Positions 50,701-64,000 of a stretch of 64,000 nt of DNA are shown piece after piece. Where the stretch lies: positions 68,758,001 through 68,822,000 of the forward strand of contig OZ024744.1 in the NCBI GenBank assembly GCA_964016885.1, in the 5' to 3' direction. Position numbers and translations under genes: made by a program. Origin of the DNA: Eledone cirrhosa. Its lineage: Eukaryota. Numbering within the stretch: position 1 is the first letter of the stretch; each line of letters opens with the position of its first letter. Below the pieces are notes generated by a model, which was not told where the DNA came from, ran no database searches, and saw nothing but the letters and a program-made list of their open reading frames with translations.

Positions 50701-53700
50701 TGACCCTCAAGCTGATATTCCCAACGTACATTGCTACAAGAACACATGACCCTCACGATAGTATTACCAGGGGTAGATTGCTTTAATAACACATGACCCT
50801 CACGCTCGTATTCCCAACGTATATTGCTATAACAACAGATGACTTTCACGCTAGTATTCCCAACGTACATTGCTATAACAACACATGACCCTACTGCTAA
50901 TAATTCCCAACGTACATTGCCATAACAACACATGATGCTGACGCTAATATTCCCAAGATACATTGCTATAAAAACACATGATCCTCACGCTAGTATTCTC
51001 AACGTACATTGCTATATCAACACATGGCTCTGACGCCAATATTCCCAACGAAGATTGCTATAACAACACATGACCCTAACGCAAATATTCCCAAGATACA
51101 TTGCTATAACAACACATGACCCTCACGCTAGTATTCCCAACGTACATTGCTATATCAACACATGGCTCTGACGCTAATATTCCCAACGTATTTTGCGATA
51201 ACAACACATGACACTGACGCCAATATTCCCAACGTACATTGCTATAACAACACATGACCCTACTGCTAATAATTCCCAACGTACATTCCTATAACAACAC
51301 ATGACCCTGACGCTAGTATTCCCAACGTACATTGCCATAACAACACATGATGCTGACGCTAATGTTCCCAAGGTACAATACTAAAAAAACATATGACCCT
51401 GACACTAATATTCCCAAGGTACATTGCTATAACAACACATGACCCTCACGCTAGTATTCCCAGGGGTACATTGCTATAACAACACATGACCCTAAGGCTA
51501 ATATTCACAAGATACATTGGTATAACAACACATGACCCTCACATTAATATTCAACATGTTATCGCAACGTATATTGCGATAACATCAGATGACCCTCACG
51601 CTGGTATTCCCAACGTTAATTGCTATAACAACACATGGCCCTAACGCTAATAGTCCCAACGTGCATTGCTATAACAACACATGACCCTCACGCTATTAAT
51701 TCCCAACGTACATTCCTATAACAACACTTGACCCTGACGCTAGTATTCCCAACGTACATTGCCATAACAACACATGGCGCTGACGCTAATATTCCCAAGG
51801 TACAATACTAAAACAACATATGACCATGACACTGATAATCCCAAGGTTCATTGCTATAACAACACATGACCCTCACAGTAGTATTCCCAAGCTACAGTGC
51901 TATAACAACACATAACCCTCATACTAATATTCCCAACGAACATTGCTATAAAAACACATGACCCTCACGCTAGTATTCCCAACGTGCATTGCTATAACAA
52001 CACATGACTCTGACACTAATATTCCCAAGGTACATTGCTATAACAACACATGACCCTACTGCTAATAATTCCCAACGTACATTCCAATAACAATACATGA
52101 CCGTCACGCTAGTATTCCCAGGGGTACATTGCTATAACAACACATGGCCCTGACGCTGATATTTCCAACGTGCATTGCTATAAAAACACATGACACTGAC
52201 GCTAATATTCCCAAGGTACATTGCTATAACAACACATGACACGCACGCTAGTATTCCTAGGGGTACATTACTATAAATACACATGGCCCTGGCGCTGATA
52301 TTTCCAAAGTACATTACTGTAACAACACATGACCCTCACGCTAATATTTCAAACGTACATTCCTATAACAATACATGACCCTCACGATAGTATTACGAGG
52401 GGTACATTGCTATAATAGCACATGGCCCTGACGGTGATATTTCCAAAGTACGTTGCAATAAAAACACACGACCCTACGCTAATATTGCCAAGGATCATTG
52501 CTATAACAACACATAACCCTGACACTAATATTCTCAAGGTACATTGCTTTAATAACACATGACCCTCACGCTCGTATTCCCAAGGATCATTTCTATAACA
52601 ACACATAACCCTGACACTAATATTCCCAAGATACATTGCATTAATAACAGTTGACTCTCATGCTTATATTCCTAACGTACATTGCTATAAACACACATGA
52701 CCCTCACGCTAGTATTCCCAAGGTACATTGCTATAACAACACATCATGCTGACGCTAATATTCCCAAGGTATAATACTAAAAAAACATATGACCCTGACA
52801 CTAATATTCCCAACGTATATTGCGATAACAACACATCACCCTAACGCTAGTATTCCCAAGATACATTGGTATAACAACAGATGACCCTCACACTAATATT
52901 CACAACGTATATTGCTATAACAACACATGACCCTCACGCTAGTATTCTCAGGCGTATATTGCTATAACAACACATGGACCTGACGCTGATATTTCAACGT
53001 ACATTGCTGTAAAAATACATGACTCTGACGCTAATATTACCAAGGTACATAGCTATAACAATCCATAACCCTGACGCTAATATTCCCAACGTACATTGCT
53101 ATAACAACACATGACACGCACGCTAGTATTCCTAGGGGTACATTACTATAAATACACATGGCCCTGGCGCTGATATTTCCAAAGTACATTACTGTAACAA
53201 CACATGACCCTCACGCTAATATTTCAAACGTACATTGCAATAACAACACATGACTCTGACGCTAATATTCCCAAGGTCCATTGCTATAACAACACATGAC
53301 CCTGACACTAATAATCCAAAGGTGATTTGCTATAACAAGACATGACCCTCACGCTAATATTCCCACCGTACATTGCTATGACAACACATGACCGTCTAGC
53401 TAGTATTCCCAACGTACATTGCAATAACAACACATGACCCTCACGCTAGTATTCCCAGGGGTACATTGCGATAAGAACACATGGCTCTGACGGTGATATT
53501 TCCGACATACATTGCTGTAAAAACACATGACCCTGACGCTAATATTCCCATGGATCTTTGCTATAAGAATACATAACCCTGACACTAATATTCCCAAGGT
53601 ACATTGCTATAATAACACATGACCCTCAGGCTGGTATTCCAAACGTACATTGTTATAACAACCCGTGACCCTGACGCTAACATTCCCGACGTACATTGCT

Positions 53701-56700
53701 ATAACAACACATGACCCACACACTAATATTCCCAACGTACATTGCTATAAAAACACATGACCCTCATGCTAATATTCCCAACGTACATTGCTAAAACTAC
53801 ACATGACCCACACGCTAGTATTCCCAACGTACATTGCTATAACAACACATGACGCTGACGCTAATATTCCCAAGGTAAAATACTAAAACAACATATGACC
53901 CTGACCCTAATATTCCCAAGATACATTGCTATAAAAACACATGCCGCCCACGCTTGTATTCCCAAGCTACATTGGTTTAACAACAGATGACCCTCACGCT
54001 AATATTCCCAACGTACATTGCTATAACAACACATGACGCCGACGCTAATATTCCCAAGGATCATTGCTATAACAACACATAACTCTGGCACTAATATTCC
54101 CAAGGTACATTGCTATAATAACACACGACCCTCAGGCTGGTATTCCCAACGTACATTGTTTTAACAACACATAACCCTGACGCTAACGTTCCCGACGTAC
54201 ATTGCTATAACAACACATGACCCTCACACTATTATTCCCAACGTACATTGCTATAAAAACACATGACCCTCATGCTAATATTCCCAACGTACATTGCTAT
54301 AACAACACATGACCCTCACACTATTATTCCCAACGTACATTGTTATAAAAACACATGACCCTCATGCTAATATTCCCAACGTACATTGCTATAACAACAC
54401 ATGACCCTGACGCTAACGTTCCCAACGTACATTGCTATAAAAACACATGGCGCTCACGCTTGTATTCCCAACGTACATTGCTATAACAACACCTGACCCT
54501 GATGCTAATATTCCCAATGTACATTGCTAAAACAACACATGACCCTCACGCTAGTATTACCAGGGGTACATTGACAAGGATCATTGCTATAACAATACAT
54601 GACCATCACGCTGGTATTCCCATCATACATTGCTATAACAACACATGCCCCTAACGCTAATAGTCCCAACGTGCATTGCTATAACAACACATGACCCTCA
54701 CGCTATTAATTCCCAACGTACATTCCTATAACAACACATGACCCTCACATTAGTATTCCCAAGCTACATTGCTATAACAACACATGACCCTCACACTAAC
54801 ATTCCCAACGTATATTGCGATAACAACACATGACCCTCATACTAATATTCCCAACGAACATTGCTATAACAACACATGACCCTAACGCTAATATTCCCAA
54901 GATACATTGCTATAACTACACATGACCCTCACACTAATATTCCCAACGTATATTGCGATAACAACACATGACACTGAGGCTAATATTCCCAACGTACATT
55001 GCTATAACAACACACGACCCTCACGCTAATATTCCCAACGTACATTGCTATAACCACACCTGACCCTCACGCTAACATTCCCGACTTACATTGCTATAAC
55101 AACACATGACCCTCACACTATTATTCCCAACGTACATTGCTATAACAACACATGACCCTAACGCAAATATTCCCAAGATACATTGCTATAACAACACATG
55201 AACCTCACGCTAGTATTCCCAACGTACATTGCTATAACAACACATTACCCTCACGCTATTAATTCCCAACGTACATTCCTATAAAATCACTTGACCCTGA
55301 CGCTAGTATTCCCAACGTACATTGCCATAACAACACATGAAGATGACGCTAGTATTCCCAAGGTACAATTCTAAAACAACATATGACCCTAACGCTACTA
55401 TTCCAAAGATACATTTCTATAACAACACATGACCCTCACACTAATATTCCCGACGTATATTGCGATAACAACACATGACCCTCATGCTAATATTCCCAAC
55501 GTACATTGCTATAACAACAAATGACCCTCACGCTAGTATTCCTAAGGTACATAGCTATAACAACACATGACCATGACGCTGATATTTCCAAGGTACATTG
55601 CTATAACAACACATGACCCTCACGCTAATATTCCCAACGTACATTGCTATAACAACACATGACACTCCCACTAATATTCCCAACGTACATTGCAATAACA
55701 ACACATGACCCTCATACTAATCTTCCCATTGTTATAGCAATGTACGTTGGGAATATTAGCGTGAGGGTCATGTGTTGTTATAGCAATGAACCTTGGGAAT
55801 ACTAGCGTGACGGTGATGCGTTGTTATAGCAATGTACGTTGGAATATTAGCGTCAGCGTCATGTATGTTATAGCAATGTACCTTGGGAGTACTAGCGTGA
55901 GGCTCATGTGTTGTGATAGCAATGTACCTTGGTAAATTAGTGTGAGGATCATGTGTTGTGATAGCAATGTACGTTGGGAATACCAGCGTGAGGGTCATGT
56001 TTTTATAGCAATGTAAGTCGGGAATGTTAGCGTGAGGGTTATGTGTGCTTATAACAATGACGCTAATATTCCCAACGTACATTACTATAACTGCACATGG
56101 CCCTCACGCTAATATTCCCAACGTATATTGCTATAACAACACATGACCCTCACGCTAATATTCCCAACGTACATTGCTATAACAACACATGACCCTCACG
56201 CTAGTATTCCCAACATACATTGCTATAACAACACATGACCCTGATGCTAATACTCCAAATGTACATCGGTATAACAACACATGACCCTCACGCTAATATT
56301 CCCAGGGGTACAATGCTATAACAACACATGACCTTCACGCTAATATTCTCATGGTACTTTGCTCTAACAGCACATGACCCTCACGCTGGTATTCCCAACC
56401 TTCATTGCTATAACAACACATGACCTTCACGCTATTATTCCCATCGTACATTGTTATACCAACACATGACCCTCACGCTAATATTCTCATGGTAATTTGC
56501 TATAACAACACATGACCCTCACGCTAATATTCCCAACATACATTGCTATAACAACACATGACCCTCAGGCTAATATCCCCAACATACATTGCTATAACAA
56601 CTCATGACCCTCACACTAATATTCCCAACATACATTGCAATAACAACACATGACCCTGACGCTAATATTCCCAACGTACATTGCTATAACAACACATGAC

Positions 56701-58060
56701 ACTCCCACTAATATTCCCAACGTACATTGCAATAACAACACATGACCCTCATACTAATCTTCCCATTGTTATAGCAATGTACGTTGGGAATATTAGCGTG
56801 AGGGTCATGTGTTGTTATAGCAATGAACCTTGGGAATACTAGCGTGACGGTGATGCGTTGTTATAGCAATGTACGTTGGAATATTAGCGTCAGCGTCATG
56901 TATGTTATAGCAATGTACCTTGGGAGTACTAGCGTGAGGCTCATGTGTTGTGATAGCAATGTACCTTGGGAAATTAGTGTGAGGATCATGTGTTGTGATA
57001 GCAATGTACGTTGGGAATACCAGCGTGAGGGTCATGTTTTTATAGCAATGTAAGTCGGGAATGTTAGCGTGAGGGTTATGTGTGCTTATATCAATGACGC
57101 TAATATTCCCAACGTACATTACTATAACTGCACATGGCCCTCACGCTAATATTCCCAACGTATATTGCTATAACAACACATGACCCTCACGCTAATATTC
57201 CCAACGTACATTGCTATAACAACACATGACCCTCACGCTAGTATTCCCAACATACATTGCTATAACAACACATGACCCTGATGCTAATACTCCAAATGTA
57301 CATCGGTATAACAACACATGACCCTCACGCTAATATTCCCAGGGGTACAATGCTATAACAACACATGACCTTCACGCTAATATTCTCATGGTACTTTGCT
57401 CTAACAGCACATGACCCTCACGCTGGTATTCCCAACCTTCATTGCTATAACAACACATGACCTTCACGCTATTATTCCCATCGTACATTGCTATACCAAC
57501 ACATGACCCTCACGCTAATATTCTCATGGTAATTTGCTATAACAACACATGACCCTGACGCTAATATTCCCAACATACATTGCTATAACAACACATGACC
57601 CTCAGGCTAATATTCCCAACATACATTGCAATAACAACACATGACCCTGACGCTAATATTCCCAACGTACATTGCTATAACAACACATGACCCTCACGCT
57701 AATATTCTCATGGTACTTTGCTCTAACAGCACATGACCCTCACGCTGGTATTCCCAACCTTCATTGCTATAACAACACATGACCCTTCCGCTAATATTCC
57801 CAACGTACATTGCTATAACAACACATGACTCTCACGCTAATATTCCCAACATACATTGCTATAACAACACATGACCATCACGCTAAAATTCCCAACATAC
57901 AATGCTATAACAACACATGACCCTCACGCTAATATTCCCAACATACATTGCTATAACAACTCATGACCCTCACACTAATATTCCCAACGTTCATTGCAAT
58001 AACAACACATGACCCTGACGCTAATATTCCCAACGTACATTGCTATAACAACACATGACA
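38788..58060 (+). repeat. 46-bp satellite array, about 420 units (CATTGCTATAACAACACATGACCCTCACGCTAATATTCCCAACGTA)
   Basis: Period 46 (38827 to 38873). Recurrent variant units. Two inverted islands at 55727-56059 and 56764-57096. Confidence 0.97.
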
Positions 58061-58313
58061 TTCACTAAGTACACCAGAAGACAACATAGAGAGGGATCAT
58101 TGAAGATGATACATAAAATATATGAAACGTGTGAAGTTGGAGGATGGATGGCAGTGTATATTGGTAACATTAGAGGTGAATGGCTGGATTTGTACTTGAA
58201 ATGCAAAGGAGGAGTAGCATGGTGATTCAAGAAGCGGAGAGAGAGAGAAAGTGAGAGAGAGGGAGAGAGAAGGAAACTGGGAGAGGGTTTTATATATATA
58301 TATATATATATAT
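58060..58313 (+). repeat. Left unique arm of a large inverted repeat (partner 59671-59925)
   Basis: Reverse complement of 59671-59925 with few substitutions. The ORF track shows mirror ORFs 58021-58353(-) and 59559-59963(+). Confidence 0.92.
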
Positions 58314-58447
58314 GTTTGCTTTTTTTTCTATGTTGTTTACTTGTCTCACTCACTTTACGCGACTCACGTGTCCCAATAGCTTATTTAAGTTATTGCTCTC
58401 ACCAACCTGAGGTATATGATTTTTAATGCGATGAAATACCAATGATA

Positions 58448-59498
58448 ATACAGTAGTTGTGATGTTGTTACCACTCCTACCATACAGTAGTTGTGATGTT
58501 GTTGTTACCACTCCTACCATAAAGAAGTTGTGATGTTGTTGTTACCACTCCTACCATACAGTAGTTGTGATGTTGTTACCACTCCTACCATACAGTAATT
58601 GTGATGTGGTCGTTACCCCTCCTACCATACAGTAGTTGTGATGTTGTTGTTACCACTCCTACCATACAGTAGTTGTGATGTTGTTACCACTCCTACCATA
58701 CAGTAATTGTGATGTGGTTGTTACCACTCCTACCATACAGTAGTTGTGATGTTGTTGTTACCACTCCTACCATACAGTAGTTGTGATGTTGTTACCACTC
58801 CTACCATACAGTAATTGTGATGTGGTTGTTACCACTCCTACCATACAGTAGTTGTGATGTTGTTGTTACCACTCCTACCATACAGTAATTGTGATGTGGT
58901 TGTTACCACTCCTACCATACAGTAGTTGTGATGTTGTTGTTACCACTCCTACCATACAGTAGTTGTGATGTTGTTGTTACCACTCCTACCATACAGTAGT
59001 TTGATGTTGTTGTTACCACTCCTACCATACAATAGTTGTGATGTCGTTGTTACCACTCCTACCATACAATAGTTGTGATGTTGTGGTTACCACTCCTAAC
59101 ATACAGTAACTGTGATGTTGTTGTTACCACTCCTACCATACAGTAGTTGTCATGTTGTTGTTACCAATCCTACCATACAGTAATTGTGATGTTGTTGTTA
59201 CCACTCCTACCATACAGTAGTTGTGATGTTGACCACTCCTACCATACAGTAATTGTGATGCTGTTGTTACTACTCCGACCATACAGTAGTTGTGTTGTTG
59301 TTGTTACTACTCCTACCATACAGTAATTGTAATGTTGTTGTTACCACTCCTACCATATAGTAGTTGTGATGTTGTGGTTACCACTCCTACCATATAGTAA
59401 TTGTGATGTTGTTGTTACCACTCCTACCATACAGTAATTGTAATGTTGTTGTTACCACTCCTACCATATAGTAGTTGTGATGTTGTGGTTACTACTCC
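58448..59498 (-). repeat. Second 37-bp minisatellite array, inverted, about 29 units
   Basis: GTAGTTGTGATGTTGTTGTTACCACTCCTACCATACA is the reverse complement of the 35555 unit. Confidence 0.95.
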
Positions 59499-59632
59499 CA
59501 TCAGACAACCATTGTGATGTCTTATCCTTACTGAGATTTTGCTTTCTGCTCTTATTGTTTGTCTTTCACTAAAATGTTTTTTGCCATGTCCACAAAGAGG
59601 CTGCTTTCTATCTGCCCCCGTCTATCTCTCTC

Positions 59633-59694
<62 letters not shown>

Positions 59695-59924
59695 GAACTC
59701 TCTCTCAGTTTCCTTCTCTCTCCCTCTCTCTCACTTTCTCTCTCTCTCCGCTTCTTGAATCACCATGCTACTCCTCCTTTCCATTTCAAGTCCAAATCCA
59801 GCCATTCACCTCTAATGTTACCAAATACACTGCCATCCATCCTCCAACTTCACACGTTTCTCATATTTTATGTATCATCTTCAATGATCCCTCTCTATGT
59901 TGTCTTCTGGTGTACTTAGTGAAT

Positions 59925-61523
59925 GTCATGTGTTGTTATAGCAATGTACGTTGGGAATATTAGTGTGAGGGTCATGTGTTATTAGAGCAATGTACGTTGG
60001 GAATATTAGCGTCAGGGTCATGTGTTGTTATAGCAATGTATGTTGGGAATATTAGCGTGAGGGTCATGTGTTAATATAGCAATGTACGTTGGGAATATTA
60101 GTGTCAGGGTCATGTGTTGTTATAGCAATGTACGTTGGGAATATTAACGTGAGGGTCATGTGTTGTTATAGCAAGTACGTTGGGAATATTGGCGTCAGGG
60201 TCATGTGTTATAGCAATGTACGTTGGGAATATTAGTGTCAGGGTCATGTGTTGTTATAGCAATGTACGTTGGGAATATTAACGTGAGGGTCATGTGTTGT
60301 TATAGCATTGTACGTTGGGAATATTAGCGTCAGGGTCATGTGTTGTTATAGCAATGTACGTTGGGAATATTAGCGTGAGGGTCATGTGTTGTTATAGCAA
60401 TGTATGTTCGGAATATTAGCGTGAGGGTCATGTGTGGTTATAGCAATGTACGATGGGAATATTAGCGTGAGGGTCATGTGTTGTTATAGCAATGAACCTT
60501 GGGAATACTAGCGTGACGGTGATGCGTTGTTATAGCAATGTACGTTGGAATATTAGCGTCAGCGTCATGTATGTTATAGCAATGTACCTTGGGAGTACTA
60601 GCGTGAGGCTCATGTGTTGTGATAGCAATGTACCATGGGAATATCAGTGCCAGGTTCATGTGTTGTGATAGCAATGTACCTTGGGAAAATTAGCGTGAGG
60701 ATCATGTGTTGTTATAGCATTGTACGTTGGGAATACCAGCGTGAGGGTCATGTGTTGTTATAGCAATGTACCTTGGGAATATTAGTGCCAGGGTCATGTG
60801 TTTTTATAGCAATGTACCTTGGGAATACTAGCGTCAGCGTCATGTGTTGTTATAGCAATGTACGTTGGGAATACCAGCATGAGGGTCATGTGTTATTATA
60901 GCAATATACCTTGAGAATATTAGCGTGAGGGTCATGTGTTGTTATTGCAATGTACGTCGGGAATATTAGCGTGAAGGTCATGTGTGATTATGGCAATGTA
61001 CCTTCGGAATACTTGCGTCAGGGTCATGTGTTGTTATAGCAATATACCTTGGGAATATTAGCGTGACGGTCATGTGTTGTTATAGCAATGTAACTTGGGA
61101 ATATTAGCGTCAGGGTCATGTTTTGTTATAGCAATGTTCGTTTGGAATATTAGTGTGAGGGTCATGTGTTGTTATAGCAATGCACGTTGGGAATATTAGT
61201 GTGAGGGTCATGTGTTGTTATAGGAATGTACGTTGGCAATATTAGCATGATGGTCATGTGTTTTTATAGCAATGTACGTTGGGAATATTAGCGTTAGGGT
61301 CATGTGTTGTTATAGCGATGTACGTTGGGAATATCAGCGTCAGGGTCAAGTGTTCTTATAGCTATGTACATTGGGAATATTAGCGTCAGGGTCATGTGTT
61401 ATTGTAGCAATGTACCTTGGGAATATTAGCGTGAGGGTCAAGTGTTCTTATAGCTATGTACATTGGGAATATTAGCGTCAGGGTCATGTGTTATTGTAGC
61501 AATATACCTTGGGAATATTAGCG
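59925..61523 (-). repeat. 46-bp satellite, inverted block, about 35 units
   Basis: TACGTTGGGAATATTAGCGTGAGGGTCATGTGTTGTTATAGCAATG repeats. Confidence 0.96.
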
Positions 61524-61635
61524 CTTTTTTATCTTTCAGGTCAGCCTGTACTTTCCAATCATATATACTTTTGTGTATATGTGTGTGACAGAGGGAGAGA
61601 GAGAGTGGGGGTGAGAGAGGGAGGGAGACGGACAG

Positions 61636-61707
<72 letters not shown>

Positions 61708-61897
61708 GCATTAAAACTATTTTCCTACTATATCAATCGTTGAACAAATATATATCATCATTCAACATTGTAATCTATCGATCTCCTTTGTTTCTTTCTT
61801 TCTCGTTGATTTCTTGCGTGCGCATACATACACACACATACGCACACACATACATATACATATTCATATATATACACACATAGTATAGGAAACTCAC

Positions 61898-61973
61898 CGC
61901 TTTTATTCCAGCGATTTCCGGCCATGACCCACTCACCCAATGAGATAATAAGCTTCCTGTCGTGACACAATAT
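61898..61973 (-). other. Candidate 76-nt internal exon of an unidentified host gene
   Basis: Acceptor CTCTGTATTTTAAG|ATA and donor GCG|GTGAGT. Open frame YCVTTGSLLSHWVSGSWPEIAGIKA. GC-richer island between microsatellites. Confidence 0.4.
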
Positions 61974-62038
61974 CTTAAAATACAGAGTACACACATTGTT
62001 AGTGTGTATCATAGCAGTGTTTTAGTAAATAAAACTCC

Positions 62039-62070
<32 letters not shown>

Positions 62071-62221
62071 ACTGTGTGTGTGAAATTCAGACAGTCTACA
62101 CGCACATCTCACACACACATCCCCATAAATATGTATGTATGTATGTATATGTATATATTTACATGTATGTATGTGTATATGTCGAAACGGCTTGAACTCT
62201 GCCCTGGGGGTTAAACATTTT

Positions 62222-62308
<87 letters not shown>

Positions 62309-62999
62309 ATATATATATGTATATATATATAAATGTATATATATATGTATATATTTAACGAAGAGTATAAATAACTAATTAGATGGTTATATGTAGTTAT
62401 TAGAAATGATTATAACAGAGTTATTAGATGAAATAACTATAATAATAAGTATAAATGTAATAACGAGAATATAAAGAATAACTGATTTGGTTTATATACT
62501 TCACGTGAATAAATTAAAAAGTACCTATAAAACAGTTTCCAAGACTTGTTATTGTTGTTATTGTTGCTGATGTGAAAACAGCGAGCGAACAGATTATATT
62601 GTTGTTGTTGGAGTCCGTGGTAATAGTTGAGACCATAGTGAATGAGAGAGAGAGTAATGGTTTGTATACCTCTGAATGGTCTGTAATTGGTTGTAGACCT
62701 ATGTGGCTTGTACATGGACTGTAATGGTAGGGCTCCAATCTCTCTGTGTGTATCTGTAGACCTCATGGGGTCTGTTGATAGTGGTTTTAGTGTTCTGTCA
62801 GACCCAGGATTATTTACTTGAGTAAATATCACCAGAATCTAACTACTAATCTTTATACAGAAAAGGATAAGATATATTTACAAAACACCATATCGAATAC
62901 AATGTTCATTTTATTTAAACTCCCTCATAATCGTGGTACTCAAAATATCCTCACCCATATTTAGGTTTAGTCCAAGCTCGTTGTTAACATCTCCAGTGT

Positions 63000-63145
63000 T
63001 GTAGGTTCGAAGGAAAGGCACCAAAGAGAGAAAGAGGGGGCTTGGTTGCCTCTATTTATAACCTCTTTCCGGAAGCTGCAAAAGAGGGTTCTAGACTTTC
63101 GGCGGGAAGTAACTCTAACTACTTCCCTGTCTAGAGAGCGCTACA
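63000..63145 (-). mobile_element. Putative 3' LTR of a Gypsy element
   Basis: Minus strand: PPT GAGAGGGGAG (63149-63158), then TGTAG...CTACA terminal inverted repeats and an internal TATAAATA. Distal boundary uncertain. Confidence 0.55.
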
Positions 63146-63481
63146 TGACTCCCCTCTCAGACGAGAAGTCGAATGACCAAATGAAATCATTGTAGCGAGA
63201 ACATGAGGAGCAAGGCAAAAGGTACAAGAACATGAATGAATAAAACATGCGTAAGCAAATAGCAAAATGAGCATAAAACAAGTAATGCATTTTTACAAAG
63301 AATGTTTGAATGTAACAAATGATAAATCATAGTCATACAAAGGAGCAGAGGATATTGATGCTCAATAGTAAAATCAATGTTTTCCAAAGTCAAATAGTTC
63401 ATACAACACTAGTGTACAGACTTTTCTGACACTAGTTCTATCTGAAAACTGAAAAAGAAAAGGTATGTTAATGCATGGGGT

Positions 63482-64000
63482 TTAAATGTATATTGTTTTT
63501 GAGAGTTTTCGTGGCCATTTTACCGTCCTGCCACCTCGTGTGATGTAAGGTTGTGTGGTATGTGGTGTTTGCGGTGGAGGTGAAAGTGTTGGTGTAGGAG
63601 TGTATGTACGAGGTGTATCAGGCAGTATGATGAGACTTTCGGAGAAAGCCTTTTTTGCTCTGTCAATGGATATTGTCTCTTTTCGGCCATTGACAGCCAC
63701 TGTGAAATGTTTGAGTGTATGCGAAAGCACACGAAAAGGTCCATTATAAGGTGACGTAAGAGATCCCTTGGCGGAATCATTCCGTATGAAAATGTGTGTC
63801 CACGTAGAGATGTCCGATGCGACAGCAGACGAAATAGATTGGTCATGAGGGTTCATCGGTGGAAGATCCGGAAATACGAACGAATCCTGGTGACATATGA
63901 TGCTGGGTCAAGATGTGATGAATCCACTGGTGCTAGCATTTGTCCAGGAAGAGACAAGGTGGTACCATAAAGAAGTTCAGCAGAAGAAAAACCTAAATCT
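63482..64000 (-). pseudogene. Ty3/Gypsy pol C-terminus (integrase end and GPY/F region), frameshifted, runs off the window
   Basis: DLGFSSAELLYGTTLSLPG, THIFIRND, SPYNGPFRV, TISIDRAK, TRGGRTVKWP. Confidence 0.85.

Noticed and set aside
42036-60674. Short Cys/Val-rich ORFs (MYVGNISVRVMCCY...) in the satellite
   Set aside because: By-products of translating a 46-bp unit that is not a multiple of 3. Stops recur regularly.
38788-61523. 46-bp and 37-bp arrays as CRISPR-like repeat-spacer arrays
   Set aside because: Units are contiguous, with no unique spacers and no cas-like ORFs. The variation is point substitution within tandem repeats, in a eukaryotic context.
62437-62832. 131-aa minus-strand ORF as Gypsy gag following a PBS
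   Set aside because: No recognisable gag motif, and the PBS-like CTGGAGATG match is too weak.

Overview
Eukaryotic, repeat-dominated window. The SINE, Helitron and microsatellite content suggests an invertebrate, possibly a mollusc or cephalopod (inference only). No complete host gene is visible. (1) 1-18.7 kb: three head-to-tail Tx1/L1-clade LINEs (gag-like CCHC ORF1; APE-RT ORF2) on + and an R4/Dong-type RLE LINE on -, all joined by (TTA)n tracts. Two Tx1 copies have almost identical ORF2 but very different 5'UTR/ORF1. The ORF1-ORF2 spacer of all three copies reads as a 52-53 nt GT-AG intron whose removal would fuse the ORFs in frame. (2) 18.7-38.5 kb: degraded elements. These include RTE fragments, a second Tx1/Dong/RTE-stub cluster in the same order, Helitrons, tRNA-derived SINEs, hammerhead-like motifs, perfect fold-back palindromes, a DD37D (maT) transposon, a 37-bp minisatellite, an RPS23 retro-fragment and a MITE-like hairpin. 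(3) 38.8-61.5 kb: a ~19-kb 46-bp satellite with higher-order variants and internal inversions. It ends in a large inverted repeat whose spacer holds an inverted copy of the 37-bp array. (4) The window ends with a candidate host exon and a Gypsy integrase/PPT/LTR remnant. Identity values and copy numbers are estimates by eye or length divided by unit, not computed alignments.
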